The position numbers and the translations under genes were made by a program. Below are positions 41,008 to 50,311 of a stretch of 64,000 bases of DNA, piece after piece. The notes beneath the pieces are model-generated. The model did no database searches. It was not told the origin of the DNA and saw only the letters and a list, made by a program, of their open reading frames with translations. Source of the DNA: Candidatus Zixiibacteriota bacterium (GTDB lineage: Bacteria; Zixibacteria; MSB-5A5; GN15; JAAZOE01); the NCBI GenBank assembly GCA_043819555.1, contig JBDREQ010000063.1, positions 96,001 through 160,000 of the forward strand. The letters run 5' to 3'. Numbering within the stretch: the stretch's first letter is position 1; every line of letters begins with the position of its first letter.

Positions 41008-41625
41008 TTAATAACTCTCCATTAATTTTTGGTAATCTTCCATAGTGTCAATATCTATCTGCGAGGTGTCATCATAAAGTTCAAAAACATCATCTTTATG
41101 ACGGGCAATCAGATAATCCCGCAGGTTCTGACCTTCATATCCCAATATCTCATCAAAAATCCGATATGAAAAGATAATGGGATGCCCGGGTCCGAACGGC
41201 GTATGAGTCGTTAATATCAAAGGATAATGTTTTCTAAATTTATCAACGGCTTTTGATATTAATGCGCTTGCGACTCCGGGTTTGTCGCCGACCATAAAAA
41301 GTGCCGCGTCTGATTTGCCGTAAAGAAAACGCAAGGCGCATTTTATCGATGAGATTCGTCCTTGATTATAATTCCCATTTTTGATAATCGCGACTCTGTC
41401 GTTAATCAAATTGGCAAGAGTATTCTCAATCCTATCACTCTCAAATCCAGTGACAATGACAATGTCATCGACACTTGATTTTTCCATCTGCTCTACCACT
41501 TCTTCGATGATAGTCTGCTCGCCGTATTCCAATAAAAGTTTGTTGGCAGTCCCCATTCTTTCGGATTTTCCGGCGGCCAGAATGGCGCCGGTAATTTGTA
41601 TCCCCGCTTCGAGCATGATAACCAT
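41008..41625 (-). CDS. mocA: Molybdenum cofactor cytidylyltransferase MocA-like
   Basis: ILAAGKSERMG..KLLL, GDKP, GHPIIF, DIDT.EDY. Confidence 0.8.
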   Translation of the reverse strand: MVIMLEAGIQITGAILAAGKSERMGTANKLLLEYGEQTIIEEVVEQMEKSSVDDIVIVTGFESDRIENTLANLINDRVAIIKNGNYNQGRISSIKCALRFLYGKSDAALFMVGDKPGVASALISKAVDKFRKHYPLILTTHTPFGPGHPIIFSYRIFDEILGYEGQNLRDYLIARHKDDVFELYDDTSQIDIDTMEDYQKLMESY

Positions 41626-41745
41626 ATAACCAAACGATATTGAATTGTCAAGGTGTGGAGAATAGCTCTTCCGGCCTATTATTTAATTCAAGCGGGGACT
41701 GCCAAATTCCCAGAGAATCAAAAGTGCGGTTTGGATAAATTTTGA

Positions 41746-42294
41746 TCAAGCAGCGGCCATTTCCTGTTCGGCCAGATGTATTCCTTCGCGCATAGCATTC
41801 AAATTCATTTCCTGAGTACCGGCAGGGACATTTTCCGATATGACTTGTTCCAGTATTTTTGGTGAAATCAAATTTGAAAGCCGATTCAAATATCCCAGGA
41901 TTATCATGTTGGCGATGATTTTGCGATTGAATTTGGTGAATGCGATATCGGTTGCACTGATGGCATATCTTTTTATGTTTTCGGGTTCGTTAGCGTCGTT
42001 GGTAATCACCAAATCTTTTTCGACAATAAGCGTCCCGCCGGGTTTCAAAAATGGAATGAATTTATCATAAGCGGGCTGAGCCATGGCCACCAAAATATCA
42101 AATTTTGACGGTTCCAGTTCATAAATTTCCCGGTCGGATATAATCACATCGCCCCGGCATTCGCCGCCTCGCGATTCACTGCCGTACGATTGATTCTGGA
42201 TGGCTTTTTTGCCGTCCAATGATGCCGCCTGCCCGAGAATATAGCTTGACATGACAATCCCCTGCCCCCCGAATCCGGCTAATCTGATAATCAA
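41746..42294 (-). CDS. korC: 2-oxoacid:ferredoxin oxidoreductase gamma subunit
   Basis: GFGGQG, SYGSESRGG, NMIILG. Confidence 0.88.
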   Translation of the reverse strand: MIIRLAGFGGQGIVMSSYILGQAASLDGKKAIQNQSYGSESRGGECRGDVIISDREIYELEPSKFDILVAMAQPAYDKFIPFLKPGGTLIVEKDLVITNDANEPENIKRYAISATDIAFTKFNRKIIANMIILGYLNRLSNLISPKILEQVISENVPAGTQEMNLNAMREGIHLAEQEMAAA

Positions 42295-43139
42295 TTTTTA
42301 CTCTCCTCGGCGACCTGTTTCACCATCCGATTGGTCAAATCATGCACTTGAGTCGCGAATTCCGGGCGGTCCCGGTCACACAGTGTTCCCACTATGAATT
42401 TATTTTCCAGTTCTTCTTCCGACATATCTTTGGCTTTTGAGACGCGCACCGAATTTTCCTTGAGATATTTAAGGAATTCGGTTGCCTTAGGCATGCCCAC
42501 CCGTCTTCCGAAATTATCGGGACACTGGGAGACGATTTCCACAAAACTAAAGCCATTTTTATTAATTGCTTTTTGAATTGTCCGCATCGTTTGGAAAGCA
42601 TGATACGTCGTCCATCGAGCCACAAAACTGGCTCCGGCGGCCTGGACAAGTTCCGCCACTTTAAAAGGAGGTTCGACATTGTGATGGGGCGTGGTCGTAG
42701 TTTTTACGCCGATCGGGGTAGTTGGCGCTACCTGCCCGCCGGTCATGCCATAGATCATATTGTTGACCATGATGACCGTTAGATCGATATTGCGCCGCGC
42801 GGCATGGATGAGATGATTGCCGCCGATCCCGGATATATCGCCGTCACCGGCAATAACGATAACTTTCATGTCGGGCCGCATCATTTTTACGCCAGTAGCG
42901 AAAGCAATCGGTCGGCCGTGAGTAGTATGGAGCGTATCGGCTTTGAAATATGGGCTGGGAATCCAGGCCGAACATCCGATTCCGGAAACGCACACCATTT
43001 TCGAAGTATCGAGTTTCAGTTCCTCAACGGCATTAGTAAAAATATTCAGGATTGTTCCGCATCCGCATCCGACGCAAAAACGATGAGGGAAAATGTCCTC
43101 GCGCACGTAATCCATTAATCTATGTCTGGGCTGACTCAT
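42291..43139 (-). CDS. korB: 2-oxoacid:ferredoxin oxidoreductase beta subunit (TPP-binding)
   Basis: C.GCG, GIGCS, HGR, GDGD..GIGGNH, YGMTGGQ. Confidence 0.9.
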   Translation of the reverse strand: MSQPRHRLMDYVREDIFPHRFCVGCGCGTILNIFTNAVEELKLDTSKMVCVSGIGCSAWIPSPYFKADTLHTTHGRPIAFATGVKMMRPDMKVIVIAGDGDISGIGGNHLIHAARRNIDLTVIMVNNMIYGMTGGQVAPTTPIGVKTTTTPHHNVEPPFKVAELVQAAGASFVARWTTYHAFQTMRTIQKAINKNGFSFVEIVSQCPDNFGRRVGMPKATEFLKYLKENSVRVSKAKDMSEEELENKFIVGTLCDRDRPEFATQVHDLTNRMVKQVAEESKN

Positions 43140-44302
43140 GAGGCTACCTCCCGAATAGCGCCGTAAATTTCATCGATCGAATGGGCGATACCGCCGATTT
43201 TTGAGACCGGGATAACTTTGCAGTCAACGAATCTCTCGATCTCTCTGTTAATCTGCCCCAGACTCATCTCGGGGACCAAAATGACATCGAGATTTTTGGC
43301 AAATTCAGCAATCTGCCTGCCGGCAAATGGCCAGATTGTAATCAATCTCAAAAAATCAACATCGATATTTTCTTCACGTGCCTTCATAACCGCACCGAGC
43401 GATGGACGCGAGCTGGCGCCGAATGAAATAACGCCGATTTTGGCCTTGCCTCCAGTGTTTTTATTTTCCTCAATCTTTATTATTTTATCCCGATTAACAT
43501 CAATCTTCTCATGAAGTCTTTTGATGAGTACTTCATGCACCCTCTGGGTCGTTACGTCTCTCATCCCGTTGGCTTTGTGGGTTGAACCGGTAACATGAAT
43601 GTTTTGACCTTCACCATAATGAACAATCCCGGGAATCAAGTCCCCGCCGCCGAAAACCTGTTCACCCGGTTGAGCTTTTTTTCTCGAGGCATGCTTGATT
43701 TTCGATACATCGGGCATTGTGACGCTTTCACGAATATGCCCGATTTCTCCATCCATAAGAAAGATAACCGGAGTACGGTAAACATCGGCCAAATCAAAGC
43801 AGTCAAACATCAGGTCGAAACATTCCTGAACCGAGTTGGGGGACAGGGCAATGATGGAATGATCACCATGAGTACCCCAGCGGGCTTGCATGACATCGCC
43901 TTGAGCCGGTTTGGTTGCCTGCCCGGTCGAAGGACCGGACCTTTGGACGTTAACAACAACGGTCGGGGTTTCAGTCATGATCGCGTAGCCCAGGTTTTCC
44001 TGCATGAGTGAAAATCCGGGACCGCTGGTTGCCGTCATTGTCCGCGAATCGGTCCAGGCGGCTCCGATAATGGCCGCGATGCTGGCGATTTCATCTTCCA
44101 TCTGGATGTAGATACCGCCCGTTTTGGGAAGCTCCCGAGCCATCAATTCGGCAATTTCACTGGCCGGAGTAATAGGGTAGCCGGCAAAAAAATCACAACC
44201 GGCAAATAAAGCGCCATAGGCGCAGGCTTCATCGCCGAGGAGAAAATACTTCTTTCCTTCGAGCGACCGAAGATATTGTTTTTTATTTTCGTTAAGTGCC
44301 AT
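43136..44302 (-). CDS. korA: 2-oxoacid:ferredoxin oxidoreductase alpha subunit
   Basis: GYPITPASE, QMEDE, TATSGPG, QRSGPSTG. Confidence 0.9.
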   Translation of the reverse strand: MALNENKKQYLRSLEGKKYFLLGDEACAYGALFAGCDFFAGYPITPASEIAELMARELPKTGGIYIQMEDEIASIAAIIGAAWTDSRTMTATSGPGFSLMQENLGYAIMTETPTVVVNVQRSGPSTGQATKPAQGDVMQARWGTHGDHSIIALSPNSVQECFDLMFDCFDLADVYRTPVIFLMDGEIGHIRESVTMPDVSKIKHASRKKAQPGEQVFGGGDLIPGIVHYGEGQNIHVTGSTHKANGMRDVTTQRVHEVLIKRLHEKIDVNRDKIIKIEENKNTGGKAKIGVISFGASSRPSLGAVMKAREENIDVDFLRLITIWPFAGRQIAEFAKNLDVILVPEMSLGQINREIERFVDCKVIPVSKIGGIAHSIDEIYGAIREVAS

Positions 44303-44317
44303 AATGCTTATTGCCGT

Positions 44318-44551
44318 TTATTGTTCCTTTTCGGTCAGGACGATGGCGAATTCGGGACACATTAGATCGCACAATCGACAACCGGTACAGGCTTTCATGT
44401 TAACAATTACGGGGAGATAATATCCCCTGCGATTTAACTTGTTGGATTTATCGAAGACATCGGTGGGGCAAAACTCGATGCATATATCGCAACCCTTGCA
44501 TAAATCCTCGTTGATCTCAACCAATGTCTCAGGTTTTTTTGGCAACGCCAT
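44318..44551 (-). CDS. korD: 2[4Fe-4S] ferredoxin, oxidoreductase delta subunit
   Basis: CKGCDIC..FCP and CTGCRLC..MCP. Confidence 0.85.
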   Translation of the reverse strand: MALPKKPETLVEINEDLCKGCDICIEFCPTDVFDKSNKLNRRGYYLPVIVNMKACTGCRLCDLMCPEFAIVLTEKEQ

Positions 44552-44637
44552 AAATATTTAGTTCCATTTTCAAAGTTTCAATGCCGAATCGAAATCATCG
44601 CTCTTAATCGGTTTAGGCCGTTTTTTTCACGAGGGCA

Positions 44638-44666
44638 AGTATAACAAATTGCCGGCCAATATTCAA
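44638..44666 (-). promoter_or_regulatory. Sigma70-like promoter of the kor operon
   Basis: Minus strand TTGAAT-N17-TATACT with TG extended -10. Confidence 0.6.
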
Positions 44667-44824
44667 TAGCAAATCAGCGGATACAACTTGATTTAAGAAA
44701 ACGGTTGAATTTGGCGGGGGAAGGTGTATATTCAGGGCTGGATTTACTATGAGCTATATTTACATCATATTTCAAGAAACGCGAAAATTGGATTATCTCA
44801 TTCATATCTTTAGGAGGGATTTAT

Positions 44825-45574
44825 ATGGACTTGGGTCTTGAAGGGAAAGGAGCGATTGTTACCGGCGGCAGCCTGGGCATCGGAACGTCAATTGCTCTGG
44901 ACCTGGCCCGCGAGGGCTGCAACGTGGCCATAAATTACAGGCGCCACGATACCGAAGCCAAGAAAGTCGTCGAGGATATAGAAGCGATGGGTCGGAAAGG
45001 TTTGGCTGTCAAAGCGGATGTTTCCAGCTATGATGACGCCCAGAACATGGTTGATACCGTCATAAAGGAATTCGGCAGTTTTGATATTTTGGTTTGCAAC
45101 GCCGGAATTAATTGGGATGGCGTCATCTGGAAGATGACTGAAAAGCAATGGGACAGCGTTATTAACGTGAACCTCAAAGGATATTTCAATTACAATAAAG
45201 CCGCGGCATTGGTTTTCAAAGACCAAAAAGGCGGTAAAATAGTCAATATTTCATCCATCAACGGTCTTCGGGGCAAATTCGGACAGACCAATTATTCGGC
45301 CTCAAAAGGCGGCGAAATAGCCATGAGCAAAGCCCTGGCCAAAGAGCTGGGCAAGTTCAATGTCAACGTCAATGTCGTCGCTCCCGGTATGGTATTAACC
45401 GACATGGCCAAAAATATCCCAGCAGAGTTTCTCAATATGGCTATCGATGAAACCGTTTTGGGGCGGATCGCAACCCCAGATGATGTCGCTTATCTGGTGA
45501 CATTTTTGTGCTCGGATAAAGCCCGGCATATTACCGGTGAAGTTTTCAAAATCGACGGCGGTCAATACATTTAG
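44825..45574 (+). CDS. SDR 3-oxoacyl-CoA reductase / 3-hydroxyacyl-CoA dehydrogenase (FabG/BzdZ-like)
   Basis: TGGSLGIG, CNAG, YSASK. Confidence 0.88.
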   Translation: MDLGLEGKGAIVTGGSLGIGTSIALDLAREGCNVAINYRRHDTEAKKVVEDIEAMGRKGLAVKADVSSYDDAQNMVDTVIKEFGSFDILVCNAGINWDGVIWKMTEKQWDSVINVNLKGYFNYNKAAALVFKDQKGGKIVNISSINGLRGKFGQTNYSASKGGEIAMSKALAKELGKFNVNVNVVAPGMVLTDMAKNIPAEFLNMAIDETVLGRIATPDDVAYLVTFLCSDKARHITGEVFKIDGGQYI

Positions 45575-45586
45575 GAGGATAAATTT

Positions 45587-46741
45587 ATGTCCCGAGTGGG
45601 AATTATTGGAATAGGACATGGAGAATTCGGGCGCAGGAGCGATGCCACCGTTCAGGAGCTGGCTTTTGAGGCGTATCGCGACGCCGTGCATGACGCCGAG
45701 ATTGATCCCAAAGAAATTGACGGCTCGGTCATCGGTTCGGTTCCCGAATATCATAAACAGCGATCATTGCCCGGAGTCGTTCAGGAATATCTGGGATTAA
45801 ATCCCAAACCGACGTGGCTGACGGAAGTCGCCTGTTCATCGGGAAGCGCGGCGATCCGGACAGCCTGGATGGGGATCAAATCAGGGGCTCACCAATTAAT
45901 GGCCGTTATCGGATGCCAGAAAATGACTGAGCTTTCAACACCGGAAATTTTGGCCCTGATGGGCCGGGTCGGCGAAGTCCAATGGGAATCGGTTTTCGGC
46001 ACGACTTTTCCGGCTTATTACGCTTTGTTTGCTAAAAGCCACATGCATAAATTCGGCACGACAAGAGAACAGCTTTTACAGGTAGCGGTCAAGAATCATT
46101 TTTACGGAGCAAAGAATCCCAACGCCTTATTCAGGAAAGAAATCACGATTGAAAAAGCTCTGGCTTCCGATCCGGTATCGGATCCTTTTCAGGTTTATGA
46201 TTGTTGTGCCAATGCCGATGGAGCTGCTTGCGTGATTGTAGCGTCGGAAGAAATCGCGAAAAAATCAAAAAAACCGGTAGCATGGCTCGACGGTATGGGA
46301 TGCGCGACTTCGAGTATGTCGGTTTTGCGCCGTCCCGATCTGGTCGGACTTCCCAGCGCCGCGGAAGCATCGCGGATTGCCTATGAAATGGCCGGCGTGA
46401 ATGCCAAAAATATCAAAGTAGCCGAAGTGCATGACTGCTTTACGATTGCTGAAATTATGGCGTATGAAGACCTCGGTTTTTGCGCCAAAGGCGAAGGCGG
46501 TAAACTCATCGAGAACAAACAATCGTATATCGGCGGTTCGACTCCAGTAAATGTCGATGGCGGATTAAAATCCAAAGGTCATCCGATTGGAGCGACCGGA
46601 GTTTCGATGACAGTTGAAATCGTCAAACAGCTTCGCGGTGAAGCGGGTGAGAGGCAGGTTCCGGATGCCGATATTGGACTGACTCACAACGTCGGCGGCA
46701 TCGGGCAGTATTGCTTTGTTCAAGTTCTGAGGAGGGATTAG
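45587..46741 (+). CDS. SCP2/archaeal-type thiolase
   Basis: ACSSG, EVHDCF, GHPIGATG, HNVGG. Confidence 0.9.
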   Translation: MSRVGIIGIGHGEFGRRSDATVQELAFEAYRDAVHDAEIDPKEIDGSVIGSVPEYHKQRSLPGVVQEYLGLNPKPTWLTEVACSSGSAAIRTAWMGIKSGAHQLMAVIGCQKMTELSTPEILALMGRVGEVQWESVFGTTFPAYYALFAKSHMHKFGTTREQLLQVAVKNHFYGAKNPNALFRKEITIEKALASDPVSDPFQVYDCCANADGAACVIVASEEIAKKSKKPVAWLDGMGCATSSMSVLRRPDLVGLPSAAEASRIAYEMAGVNAKNIKVAEVHDCFTIAEIMAYEDLGFCAKGEGGKLIENKQSYIGGSTPVNVDGGLKSKGHPIGATGVSMTVEIVKQLRGEAGERQVPDADIGLTHNVGGIGQYCFVQVLRRD

Positions 46742-46745
46742 GCTT

Positions 46746-47198
46746 ATGTTTAAATGGTTCGGGAAAGTGAATTTTTCTCCCTATACTAAAGTCTCCGATT
46801 TTGCCAATCACCTTAAAGATGGCCGCCTTATGGGTTCCAAATGTAAAAAATGCGGAACCGAATCGTTTCCTCCCAAGGCCGATTGCAGCAATTGTCTATC
46901 GGGTGATTTTGAGTTTATCGAAATGTCAGGTCAGGCCAAGCTTGTTTCTTATACCGTTATTCACGCCGCTCCGACCGGTTTTGAGGATGTTGTTCCCTAC
47001 ACCATTGGGGTTGTGGATTTAAAAGAAACAGGCAGGCTTTTGGCATGGATTGGAGATACTGTCGCCGCCGATAAAATCGAAATCGGTATGGAGCTTCAGG
47101 TTGTACCGCAGATATTTGATGAACTCGAAGAAATTAAAGTCTATTATTCGCTGGAAAAGCCAGGGACCAAATGGTCTAAAGGCAATTCGATGACTTGA
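46746..47198 (+). CDS. DUF35 zinc-ribbon/OB-fold thiolase partner
   Basis: CKKCG..FPP..C..C followed by an OB fold; adjacent to the thiolase. Confidence 0.9.
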   Translation: MFKWFGKVNFSPYTKVSDFANHLKDGRLMGSKCKKCGTESFPPKADCSNCLSGDFEFIEMSGQAKLVSYTVIHAAPTGFEDVVPYTIGVVDLKETGRLLAWIGDTVAADKIEIGMELQVVPQIFDELEEIKVYYSLEKPGTKWSKGNSMT

Positions 47199-47224
47199 TT
47201 TTGATGTATAGATTTAAAAAGATA

Positions 47225-47251
47225 AAGGAATCCCAAAACGGGATTCCTTTT
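47225..47251. terminator. Bidirectional terminator between convergent operons
   Basis: AAAGGAATCCC-AAAAC-GGGATTCCTTT. Confidence 0.8.
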
Positions 47252-47280
47252 TATTTTAATTATTTACCAATCAGAATAGA

Positions 47281-48057
47281 CTACTCGTTTTTCCATTCCG
47301 GTTTGCGGCGCTCGAGAAAAGAATTGATACCCTCGTTGGCGTCGTTCGTATCCATCAATTCGTCGATATAGAGTTCTTCAAGTTTATCCAGTCTCTTTTT
47401 CAAGGTTTTGTTGAATTGTCCTCGAGCTGCCCTGACTGCGAATTTCAGAGACGACGCGCTTTTGGGCAGGATATATTTCTCGACCCAGCCATCCACGCCG
47501 GACATCATCGCATCCCGGTCATCAAATACTTCTGTCGCCAAACCCATCTGAAGAGCGACATCGGGTTTGATAATACGTCCGGTCAAAAGCAAATCATCGG
47601 CGCGGGCTTGCCCGATTTTCATTGGAAGAATTACTGATGCCGGAGGCGCGAATACAGCAAGGCTGATTTCCGGCTGTCCCAATCGCGCTGTTTGGTCGAG
47701 AAACATGAAATTGCACATCAAAGCCAATTCCATCCCGCCGCCCAAACATTGACCCGAAACCAATGCAGCTGTCGGGATTGCCAAATCTGCCAGAGTATAA
47801 AACAGTGCGTGAAATTGTTTGAGCATTTCCGGCGCTTTTTCTTTGGTATGTTCGGGAACGCTGGCCCCGAAACAGAAATGCTCCCCCTCACCGGTAAATT
47901 GAATGAGTTTCACCTGGAGCTGATCTTTCAATTCCTTCAGCGTATTTTGAATATCATCCATCATAACCGCATCGAGAACATTCCCTTTGTGGGAATTAAG
48001 AATAATTCGCACGATTTGATTATCATGCGAATATTGAACGTCGATTTTTTTGGCCAT
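47281..48057 (-). CDS. dch: Cyclohexa-1,5-diene-1-carbonyl-CoA hydratase
   Basis: KGNVLD, HFCFGASVPEH, CLGGGMELA, GQPEI.L.VFAP.AS; next to oah and had. Confidence 0.88.
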   Translation of the reverse strand: MAKKIDVQYSHDNQIVRIILNSHKGNVLDAVMMDDIQNTLKELKDQLQVKLIQFTGEGEHFCFGASVPEHTKEKAPEMLKQFHALFYTLADLAIPTAALVSGQCLGGGMELALMCNFMFLDQTARLGQPEISLAVFAPPASVILPMKIGQARADDLLLTGRIIKPDVALQMGLATEVFDDRDAMMSGVDGWVEKYILPKSASSLKFAVRAARGQFNKTLKKRLDKLEELYIDELMDTNDANEGINSFLERRKPEWKNE

Positions 48058-48060
48058 CTT

Positions 48061-49149
48061 CTATCCCTTCGGTAAAATGGCGTCGAGCATTTCATCATCC
48101 CATGGATGACCTTCGGCCAGCATCAAACGCAGCTTAATGAAATCAACTTCGCGATTGTGTTTTGGACCTTCGTTGAACGCCCGGAACCCTGCTTTGGCTT
48201 CGGTCATCATATTCAAGCCGAGCCAGTCGCGGTTTGACTGCTGATTGCGATCCCAATGCTCAAGTTTTTTCTTCCGCATACTGTTTACTGTTTTATTGAT
48301 ACAGTCAGGCATCATATAGAGCAGCTTTGTGCACAGAACATTCACGGCATCATCAAGGGGAGCAAGATCAATAGTACCGCCTGCCATCATCTCTTTGCCT
48401 TTTTTGTAATCGTCGCCTGATTTGCGTTTACCATAGACGATATCACCGGATTCATCGAGCCATTTATCAGTCACCAGAAGCGGATTGCGCACAAATTTAT
48501 TATCGACTTTCAAAACGGGAATGGCATCGGTGATAAGGCCGATGGTTTTGGCTTCATAAGCGGTCCACATTTCGCAAAGAGTGCAGCTCTGCATTGCCCT
48601 TTCAATACCTACAAACAGATGCAGAAAATCGGTGCTTCCGCCTTCGGGAGCGCTGCCGTGCTTGGGTCCGGCTTGTCCAAAGACAGACAGATCGCTGGCG
48701 ATGGCAAAATCGCAGGCCATCCCGATTTCCTGTCCTCCGGCGATGCGCATACCGTTAACGCGGCAGATGACAGGTTTATCACACATCAGAATACTGGTAA
48801 TCATGTCATTGAAAAGACGCATATACTGCTTGTATTCCAGCGGGCGGCCCGTATAATACTCGGCGTATTCCTTGGTATTGCCGCCGGTACAAAAAGCTTT
48901 GTCGCCCACGGCTGTAAAAACAACCGCCACGACCGAACGGTCATTGGATGCTTGCCGGAACGCAAGGATGACCTCTTTAACGGCGGCAGTTGTGTACGAA
49001 TTATACTGCTTGGGATTATTCAAAAATATCCAGGCGTTGAAAAGCCCAGAAACTTCTTTGCCCTCTTTATCCAGGCACGGGCGGCGTTCATAGATAATTT
49101 CCTTAAAATCGACTTCCACAAGATTATGGCTGTTTAGTTCTAAGCTCAT
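48061..49149 (-). CDS. oah: 6-oxocyclohex-1-ene-1-carbonyl-CoA hydrolase
   Basis: NP.QYNSYTT, AFCTGGNTKEYAEYY, GQAGPKHGSAP.GG.TDFL. Confidence 0.93.
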   Translation of the reverse strand: MSLELNSHNLVEVDFKEIIYERRPCLDKEGKEVSGLFNAWIFLNNPKQYNSYTTAAVKEVILAFRQASNDRSVVAVVFTAVGDKAFCTGGNTKEYAEYYTGRPLEYKQYMRLFNDMITSILMCDKPVICRVNGMRIAGGQEIGMACDFAIASDLSVFGQAGPKHGSAPEGGSTDFLHLFVGIERAMQSCTLCEMWTAYEAKTIGLITDAIPVLKVDNKFVRNPLLVTDKWLDESGDIVYGKRKSGDDYKKGKEMMAGGTIDLAPLDDAVNVLCTKLLYMMPDCINKTVNSMRKKKLEHWDRNQQSNRDWLGLNMMTEAKAGFRAFNEGPKHNREVDFIKLRLMLAEGHPWDDEMLDAILPKG

Positions 49150-49203
49150 TCTCCTGTTCCTCCTTTATATCCGGTATGTTTTCATTTCAAATTAATTATC
49201 AAA

Positions 49204-50259
49204 TCAAAAATCGGGAGTCAAAACCGATCGTTTCAAAAGTTTATGCTCCAACGTTTTCTTGAATATATCATTAATTTGCGAAAGCGGGAAGGTGTCGGTA
49301 AACGGTTTCAGTTTCAGTTTACCATCGGCGACCAATTTAATGACGTCATTGTATAGTTCCGGCTTGCATCCCCACGTTCCGATAATCTGGGCATCAAACG
49401 CCATCAAATTACTCAATCGTACTTCCAGTTTATCAAGCGTAAAACCAACGACCGATAGAACTCCGGCAATACCCAGCAGACCAAAACCGAGTTCTTGACC
49501 CGGTTTGGTTCCCGATGTCTCGAATATTTTCCAGCCGTGGGGCGGTGCGCCCATTTCTTTGCAGGCCGCTTTGACAGCTCCTTTGATTGCCTTGAAGTCC
49601 ATGTCTTTGATATTCAAGGTTGACGTTATGCTTATGTCCCCCAACTGGTCGAGTTTTTTCTGGTCGATATCAAGCGCGAGGACGTTGGCTCCCACGATAT
49701 TGGCAAGTTGGGCGGCATATATGCCAATTCCGCCAACTCCGATTACGATAGCGAAATCACCGGCCTTAAGGCCGCTTTTGACAATAACCTGATATGGCGT
49801 CGAAACCGCATCGGCAATAACCGATAATTCAGCAAGAGAATGTTCCGCTAATGCCGCGTCGGGAACCTCTGCCAAAAATCGCGATGGCACTGTGATATGG
49901 CTGGCGAATCCGCCGTGAAAATCGTTTCCGGGCATCAACTGATTGCGGCAAATATTGCCTCGCCCGGCTTTACACAGGTCGCATTCTCCACAAGGGAGTA
50001 CGGCTGGGATGATGACCGGTTTTCCTTTTAGTTCAGCTGGACCGTCTATTACAATGCCGCTGATTTCGTGTCCCAGAACAAGGGGCAGTTGCTTTTTTGT
50101 TGGAACACCGTAATGCCAAAAGCTCAAATCAGTATGGCAGACTCCGCAGCCGGCGATTTCGACCATGGCATCATCGGCTTTCACTTCGGGCGGATCAAAT
50201 TCAACAAGCTCAAACGGCTGATCTTTGGCAACCATCTGATAGGCTCGAATTTTATCCAT
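49204..50259 (-). CDS. had: 6-hydroxycyclohex-1-ene-1-carbonyl-CoA dehydrogenase (Zn-ADH family)
   Basis: GVCHTD, GHEISG, MPGNDFHGGFA, ADAV.TPYQ, RLSNLMAFD. Confidence 0.92.
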   Translation of the reverse strand: MDKIRAYQMVAKDQPFELVEFDPPEVKADDAMVEIAGCGVCHTDLSFWHYGVPTKKQLPLVLGHEISGIVIDGPAELKGKPVIIPAVLPCGECDLCKAGRGNICRNQLMPGNDFHGGFASHITVPSRFLAEVPDAALAEHSLAELSVIADAVSTPYQVIVKSGLKAGDFAIVIGVGGIGIYAAQLANIVGANVLALDIDQKKLDQLGDISITSTLNIKDMDFKAIKGAVKAACKEMGAPPHGWKIFETSGTKPGQELGFGLLGIAGVLSVVGFTLDKLEVRLSNLMAFDAQIIGTWGCKPELYNDVIKLVADGKLKLKPFTDTFPLSQINDIFKKTLEHKLLKRSVLTPDF

Positions 50260-50311
50260 AAAATTCCTCCTTACATTTATTTTTGTTTATCATAAAATTC
50301 CAATTTATAAA

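Noticed and set aside
44644..44659. Sigma54-like TGGC-N7-TTGT upstream of korD
   Set aside because: The -12 GC is absent, the sister motif at 56.98 kb does not fit, and a sigma70 reading fits better
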